From IMG/VR virus record IMGVR_UViG_3300046005_000547, positions 62,001 through 126,000 of that record: a stretch of DNA of 64,000 nucleotides; one strand, 5' to 3'. The position numbers and the translations under genes were made by a program. Position 1 is the first letter of the stretch; every line of letters begins with the position of its first letter. This document shows, one piece after another, positions 58,826 through 64,000 of the stretch. The notes beneath the pieces were generated by a model. It saw only the letters and a program-made list of their open reading frames with translations. It did not search any database and was not told the origin of the DNA.

Positions 58826-58860
58826 AATCCAATTTAGATTAAATTCTAAATTGGATTTTT
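58826..58860 (+). terminator. Rho-independent terminator
   Basis: aatccaatttaga...tctaaattggatt followed by a T-run. Confidence 0.75.
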
Positions 58861-59017
58861 ATTGGATAAAATTTCATACGCAATTTATAATCCTCATAAT
58901 TTGTTAATTACGGACGATTTAAGATGTTTTAATTAAATGTTAATGTAACTGTACAACATTATATTGAATCCGTCTTAAAACAACAAATTTCCATGTTTAA
59001 ATTGATTTTAAAATATC

Positions 59018-59045
59018 TTTCGAAACATCGAATACTCGTTATAAT
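59018..59045 (+). promoter_or_regulatory. Phage promoter TTTCGA-N16-TATAAT
   Basis: Exact motif followed by aga. Confidence 0.7.
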
Positions 59046-59079
59046 AGATCTCAATACAAATTTATTATGAGGAATTAAA

Positions 59080-59358
59080 ATGGCAACTTACCTAACATCC
59101 AAACGTCAATTTGACAAATTGAATGAATTTGAACGTAAAGATGTTCAACAAATTTTAGACAACTTCTTACATAAATCTCATACATTCGTTTCCATTGAAT
59201 TGAGAAAACCTCCAAAAGGTATTCAGATGTCGGTTGTTTATGGATCGTTGGGTATTTGCGAATTTAATATGAAAGAATATATAAGAATGAATAGTAAAAT
59301 CGTTAAACAATCGGTTGCCGTTGAAACCGTTAAATCTTGGTTAAATGAAAAAGGATAA
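59080..59358 (+). CDS. Hypothetical protein
   Basis: 92-aa ORF; gagga RBS. Confidence 0.6.
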   Translation: MATYLTSKRQFDKLNEFERKDVQQILDNFLHKSHTFVSIELRKPPKGIQMSVVYGSLGICEFNMKEYIRMNSKIVKQSVAVETVKSWLNEKG

Positions 59359-59361
59359 ATT

Positions 59362-60159
59362 ATGATTGGTGCTGTAATTGGAGACGTAATAGGATCCGTC
59401 TATGAGTTCGATAATGTAAAGACAAAAGAGTTTGAATTATTTCAAAAGGATTCAATATACACAGATGATTCTGTATTAACATTTGCTATAGCAAAATCTA
59501 TCTTGGATGAAGAATCTTATATTGATAATGTAAAGGATTTCGGTAGAAGATATTCGGACGCCGGATATGGTGGTATGTTTAAACAATGGTTGTTCTCCGA
59601 AGACGTTGAACCATATAACAGTTACGGTAATGGTTCGGCAATGCGAGTGTCATCAGTTGGATTCTTATTTGATACCATAGAAGATGTTTTATATCAAGCT
59701 GAATTATCCGCTGCGATTACCCATAATCACCAAGAAGGAATCAAAGGTGCTCAAGCAACTGCTCTTTCGATCTTCTTGGCAAGAACGGGTAATTCTAAGG
59801 AACAAATCAAACATGAAATTGAAACTCGATTTGGATATGATTTAAACAGAACATTGGATGAAATCAGACCAACATATAAATTCAATGAAACATGTCAGAA
59901 GACTGTCCCTGAATCAATCATATCTTTCCTTGAATCGACAGATTTCGAAGATGCCATTAGAAACGCAATTAGTCTAGGTGGAGACAGCGATACATTAGCT
60001 TGTATCTGCGGTGGTATAGCGGAAGCATTTTATGGGGAGATTCCTGATTATATCTTATCGGAAACATTGATTAGATTACCGCAAGAATTTATTGATATTT
60101 TAAATTTATTTGATGATAAAGTGTATAAATACAATAAATCAAATAAGGAATCGCAATGA
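59362..60159 (+). CDS. ADP-ribosylglycohydrolase (DraG/ARH family)
   Basis: GAVIGDVIGS.YE, YTDDS, NSYGNGSAMR, THNH.EG, GGDSDT. Confidence 0.9.
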   Translation: MIGAVIGDVIGSVYEFDNVKTKEFELFQKDSIYTDDSVLTFAIAKSILDEESYIDNVKDFGRRYSDAGYGGMFKQWLFSEDVEPYNSYGNGSAMRVSSVGFLFDTIEDVLYQAELSAAITHNHQEGIKGAQATALSIFLARTGNSKEQIKHEIETRFGYDLNRTLDEIRPTYKFNETCQKTVPESIISFLESTDFEDAIRNAISLGGDSDTLACICGGIAEAFYGEIPDYILSETLIRLPQEFIDILNLFDDKVYKYNKSNKESQ

Positions 60160-60388
60160 AAACATTTAAAGAATTCCATGAATTGGTCATGGAATCACTC
60201 AACCGATTGATGTAGATAAATTGGAAGAAGCTGTTAAGATGACTGACAAATATCTACAATCAACTGTTAAACGATTGATGATTAATCTAACCAAGTTGGA
60301 CCCAACCAATCAAGTTGATTCTGCATCTTATTACAAATTAGCAAAAATGTTAAATGATAACTTAACTGAATTGTTAAGTCGCAAATAA
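60156..60388 (+). CDS. Internal head protein-like (leader family, member 4); apparent 1-nt deletion near 60197
   Basis: MKTFKEFHELVMES, then in another frame QPIDVDKLEEAVKM...LLSRK; late promoter TATAAATA at 60124-60131. Confidence 0.55.
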
Positions 60389-60396
60389 AATGTATT

Positions 60397-60432
60397 AAAA
60401 ATCCCAGAGTGAATTAACGCTCTGGGATTTTT
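60397..60432. terminator. Bidirectional terminator between convergent genes
   Basis: aaaaatcccagag...ctctgggattttt. Confidence 0.8.
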
Positions 60433-60437
60433 ATTGT

Positions 60438-60920
60438 TTAAAATTTAACAATTCCTTCTTCTAAAATATGGAGTTTCAATTCATAAATCATTTTATCAAA
60501 TAGTTCACCAGGAGATAATTTGGTTTCATCTAATTTAAAACATTTCGATACAAATTCTGAACATATCTCACCAGAATAATCTTTAACTTTAATTTGTACA
60601 CCAAATCGCCTCAACAATGATTTAACACCAACAGCAATGAAATCCATGTATCCATATCTAACTGGAGAAATCATGGGAATAATATTGTCTTTATGTTGAT
60701 TCCATAAAATAGATGTATCAACAATTGTGTATCTTCTGTTTTCGTAATTAGACATAAAATTCATATTTCTATTGGATCCCATTGTTGATTCCAAAATGAA
60801 TTTACCATCATCAGAAATTATCCCAACATGTATATATTCACTACCACTAAACGTTTTTATTATCAAATCCAATAATTTGTAATCCCCGTCTTTGAAGAAA
60901 ATTGTTTGACCTGTTTTCAT
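60438..60920 (-). CDS. Permuted papain-like (NlpC/P60 YiiX-type) amidase
   Basis: YIHVGI...ILES...Y.Y...ICSEFV..LSP.EL. Confidence 0.7.
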   Translation of the reverse strand: MKTGQTIFFKDGDYKLLDLIIKTFSGSEYIHVGIISDDGKFILESTMGSNRNMNFMSNYENRRYTIVDTSILWNQHKDNIIPMISPVRYGYMDFIAVGVKSLLRRFGVQIKVKDYSGEICSEFVSKCFKLDETKLSPGELFDKMIYELKLHILEEGIVKF

Positions 60921-60923
60921 AAT

Positions 60924-63900
60924 CTATCCATTAAAATTAAATCTGTTTTGAAAATAATTCAATACAGTGTTATCATCGTTCTTAACTGTCTTGGAGATAA
61001 CAGTCGTTGAATTATTGTTAACATTGGTTGGCGCGTTGACTATATTATTACCATTTGATACATTATTTTTATTGGTATTCTCTAATCTAGCGGTTTCCGT
61101 TTTCGCTGAATTTTCATATAATGCGTTAGAAATATCTCTTATCGGTTTTTCTGGCGTTTTGAAAAGAGCTTGCCCAATAGGTTCAATCTTAGTGACATCT
61201 ATTGGTAACTTTGTTTCAATAGACATATTAGATAATGTATCTGTTATGCTTGAATTAACAATTGGTATTATCTTAGAGGGTTCAATACGTTCTCCGTTAA
61301 TTGTAACATCTGGTATTATATTATTAAGGAGTTCTTCTGCTTTATTATCAATAGAAGAAGGAATATCCATTATCGGATTAATAATATCATCAATTGGTTT
61401 TGTAACAGATTGAATGTTTTGATTGACGATATTCTTCACTTCATTTATCGGATTACCAATCAACGGGTCTATTTGATTTGCTAATTGAACTACTTCATCT
61501 ATTGGATTATCATTTATTGTTACAACAGGTTCAGGAATAGATACTTCATTTGGTGGTAATGGAGTTTCCACCGTAACAGGAACTTGTTGAATCACACCCA
61601 CCGGTTTAACAATAGGTTCTTCTGATTTCAAATTTGGAAATTCAGATTCAACAGAAGGTATTGTTGATTCATTTATTGTTACAACAGGTTCAGGAATAGA
61701 TACTTCATTTGGTGGTAATGGAGTTTCTTTAGATTGTTCCTGTTTAATTTGTTCTACTGGTTTAGATTGAACATCATTTAACGGAGCTTTGCTAAGAGAT
61801 GTTAAATCGATTTCTGGTTTAGAGAATTCAGGAACAGGTTCTATCTTGTTTTCTATTTTAACAGGTTCAATCTTTGGTATTTCTTTATTTTCAGGTTCTA
61901 CTGGTTTTGGTTCTTCCGATTTACCGTTAATGAATTTCGTTGCTTCTTCTTCGACATTCTTTTTGATTTCGGTCATTCGTTCACCAACCAATGGATCTGA
62001 CATTGGTGAAATACCATACACATCTTCATAAACATCATTTGCCAATAATGCGATTGCCGCAGGTACAGCAGTGGCAACTGAACCTAAACCAGATACGGCA
62101 GCCAATCCTGCTCCAGCGATATCTCCTTTTACCAATCTACTGATACCTTCCCCAACACCTAATGCAGCACCAATCAATGGAATAGATTTACCCAACATCC
62201 CGCCCATGGCAGCAGGTAATCTTTTGGCAATAGAGGTTCCAATCAATGCAGAAGCACTTCCTTTCAATTTATTTCCAACACCGCCCAATACTTTACCGCC
62301 AACAGATTTAACTACTCCACCCATCTTACCAACAACTGTTGATTCCTTTACTCCATTAACAACATTAGACGCTAAATTTCCAATAGAAGAACCAGCAACC
62401 ATGGCAGCAGTAGCTCCACCAATCGCCTTTACTCCAGTTGATAATGGTTTGAATTTACCTCCGATTTTGGAGGCAATATCTTTTGTTGATTTTCCAAAGG
62501 ATTTAGCTTTGTTCTTTAATTTACCACCTTCTTTCTTAGCGTTACCACCAAACAACCCACCCAATAATGATGTATCGGATTCTTCTTTCTCATTGACCCC
62601 AAATTTACCCATTTTCAACAATTTGAAAATTTCTGTTTGAACATTCAATTGATTTTGTAATACATCAAATGTTTTGGATTTCTGTAAATTATCTTCAATT
62701 TGAGATTCGGAAACTTCATTCGATATATTAGTTGATTCTTTAGAGGTTTCTTTAATTGAATCAGATAACGATTTGATTTCATCTTGTGTATTGGAAACGA
62801 CAGTTGTTATCTTAGAGGACTCTTTAATTGAATCAGATAACGATTTGATTTCATCTTGTGTATTGGAAACGACAGTTGTTATCTTAGAGGTTTCTTTAAT
62901 TGAATCAGATAATGATTTATTTTCATCTTGAACTTTAGATTCAACAGTTGTTATCTTAGAGGACTCTTTAATTGAATCAGATAATGATTTGATTTCATCT
63001 TGAACTTTAGATTCAACAGTTTCCTTTTTAATTGGAGATTCAACTGGAGTCGATTGAGATGGAATATCTTTAACTGGCTCTTCTTTGACAAATGTTTTAT
63101 CCGTATCCTCTATCTGTTTTCTTAGAGAGGAAAGTTCTTCAGATAATGTTTTAAACACTTCATTGGATTCATCCGTTTTTGGTAAATCTTTAAATGTATT
63201 AAGTTTATCAAACAATTCATTGTATGATTGTTTCATATTCAATAACATTTTGGATTCTTTAATTAGATCTTTCTCAACATCAGAACGTTTTTTATCTTTC
63301 AATAATTCTGGATTTTGTTCTATTGCTTGTTGTGCATATTCTAAATGAGTTTCTTTTACATTTTGTGATTGTAATAATACATCTTTCAAACCAACAATGT
63401 CCGCAAGTTTCTGTATATTTTCATTGGACCCAAACGACAATCCTTTTGTACCAATTTGTTTTATCACAGAAGAGGTTTTGAATTCATTATATCTTGGATC
63501 TTCTTTTACATTATACTTTGGGTTGATTCGTTTAGCTTCTTTAATGTAATCTTTGAACGATTCTCTATTGGATAGATATTTTCCTAATTTTGAATCTTCT
63601 TTTACACCAATAACATTTGTTGCGAATTTCTTTAATGAAGAAAGATTACCAATTGCTGATTTTTTAAACAATGATGAGATTACATTATCCGATTTATCAA
63701 CATCATATTTACCAGAAGGTTTATTTGTTGGTTGTTCTTTTGGTTTTGATTCTGGTGCGTTATCTTTCAAAACGGGTTTCGATTCAATTCTATCTTTAAT
63801 CTCAGATAACAAATCTATCATCTTCATGGAATTGTTGAATTGTTTCTCTTCCGCGAACCTTTCTTCAAATTGAATTTCTTTATCGGATTTACCGCCTGAA

Positions 63901-63998
63901 AATCTATTTGTTTCGTTTAATGAGATTTCTATATATTGTATCGCATCGGCAATAGTCGTTGTGTTATCATCTAATGACGATAAATGTTGTAATTGTTT
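60924..63998 (-). CDS. Large gp29-like baseplate hub/tape-measure protein, 5' end outside the window
   Basis: The frame stays open upstream of 63827 to the window edge; Gly/Ala-rich KSIPLIGAALG..GDIAGA segment; C-terminal IVNAPTNVNN. Confidence 0.6.
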   Translation of the reverse strand, partial: KQLQHLSSLDDNTTTIADAIQYIEISLNETNRFSGGKSDKEIQFEERFAEEKQFNNSMKMIDLLSEIKDRIESKPVLKDNAPESKPKEQPTNKPSGKYDVDKSDNVISSLFKKSAIGNLSSLKKFATNVIGVKEDSKLGKYLSNRESFKDYIKEAKRINPKYNVKEDPRYNEFKTSSVIKQIGTKGLSFGSNENIQKLADIVGLKDVLLQSQNVKETHLEYAQQAIEQNPELLKDKKRSDVEKDLIKESKMLLNMKQSYNELFDKLNTFKDLPKTDESNEVFKTLSEELSSLRKQIEDTDKTFVKEEPVKDIPSQSTPVESPIKKETVESKVQDEIKSLSDSIKESSKITTVESKVQDENKSLSDSIKETSKITTVVSNTQDEIKSLSDSIKESSKITTVVSNTQDEIKSLSDSIKETSKESTNISNEVSESQIEDNLQKSKTFDVLQNQLNVQTEIFKLLKMGKFGVNEKEESDTSLLGGLFGGNAKKEGGKLKNKAKSFGKSTKDIASKIGGKFKPLSTGVKAIGGATAAMVAGSSIGNLASNVVNGVKESTVVGKMGGVVKSVGGKVLGGVGNKLKGSASALIGTSIAKRLPAAMGGMLGKSIPLIGAALGVGEGISRLVKGDIAGAGLAAVSGLGSVATAVPAAIALLANDVYEDVYGISPMSDPLVGERMTEIKKNVEEEATKFINGKSEEPKPVEPENKEIPKIEPVKIENKIEPVPEFSKPEIDLTSLSKAPLNDVQSKPVEQIKQEQSKETPLPPNEVSIPEPVVTINESTIPSVESEFPNLKSEEPIVKPVGVIQQVPVTVETPLPPNEVSIPEPVVTINDNPIDEVVQLANQIDPLIGNPINEVKNIVNQNIQSVTKPIDDIINPIMDIPSSIDNKAEELLNNIIPDVTINGERIEPSKIIPIVNSSITDTLSNMSIETKLPIDVTKIEPIGQALFKTPEKPIRDISNALYENSAKTETARLENTNKNNVSNGNNIVNAPTNVNNNSTTVISKTVKNDDNTVLNYFQNRFNFNG
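62740..63020 (-). repeat. 72-bp in-frame tandem repeat x4 (QDE(I/N)KSLSDSIKE(S/T)SK...)
   Basis: ttagagg anchors at 62740, 62812, 62884 and 62956. Confidence 0.9.
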
Positions 63999-64000
63999 CT

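Noticed and set aside
1-64000. tRNA or rRNA genes and alternative genetic code
   Set aside because: No cloverleaf or T-loop signatures noticed in intergenic gaps; core genes translate full length in the standard code and TAA, TAG and TGA all act as stops

Overview
AT-rich 64-kb segment of a large T4-like myovirus genome. The host is probably a Gram-negative proteobacterium, inferred from a PEP-CTERM protein and a lipoprotein. There are four blocks. (1) A + strand block at 1-11.6 kb: CoaE-HD-CoaD fusion, UvsW helicase, topoisomerase II gp39/60 and gp52, and an HNH-AP2 protein. (2) A - strand virion block at 12.0-41.8 kb: gp17 terminase, gp15/14/13 neck, tail fibres, a 3422-aa baseplate-associated protein, and gp8/7/6/25. 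(3) A + strand block at 44.2-60.4 kb: ligase, gp55, gp47/46, exonuclease, SleB-type hydrolase, gp33, gp59, gp32, a PEP-CTERM protein and an ADP-ribosylglycohydrolase. (4) A - strand end with an amidase and a gp29-like protein that runs off the window. Three mini-inteins sit in catalytic motifs of UvsW, topoisomerase and terminase. The most unusual element is a ~470-bp non-coding unit present seven times: five in tandem at 41.9-44.1 kb and two flanking a nuclease-dead HNH-AP2 gene at 10.5-12.0 kb. These copies mark both ends of the - strand virion block. Each unit has conserved boxes, phased TCGA motifs, a promoter, a near-invariant start sequence and a conserved stem-loop; four units end in a covarying terminator, giving ~160-175-nt predicted RNAs. 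Also notable: a dispersed family of T4 internal-protein-like genes with a shared capsid-targeting leader, a UvsW lacking its C-terminal helicase motifs, and a phage-specific TTTCGA-N16-TATAAT promoter. Several 1-nt frameshifts look like sequencing indels. No tRNA, rRNA or CRISPR array was recognised. All assignments come from motif recognition by eye; no searches were run.
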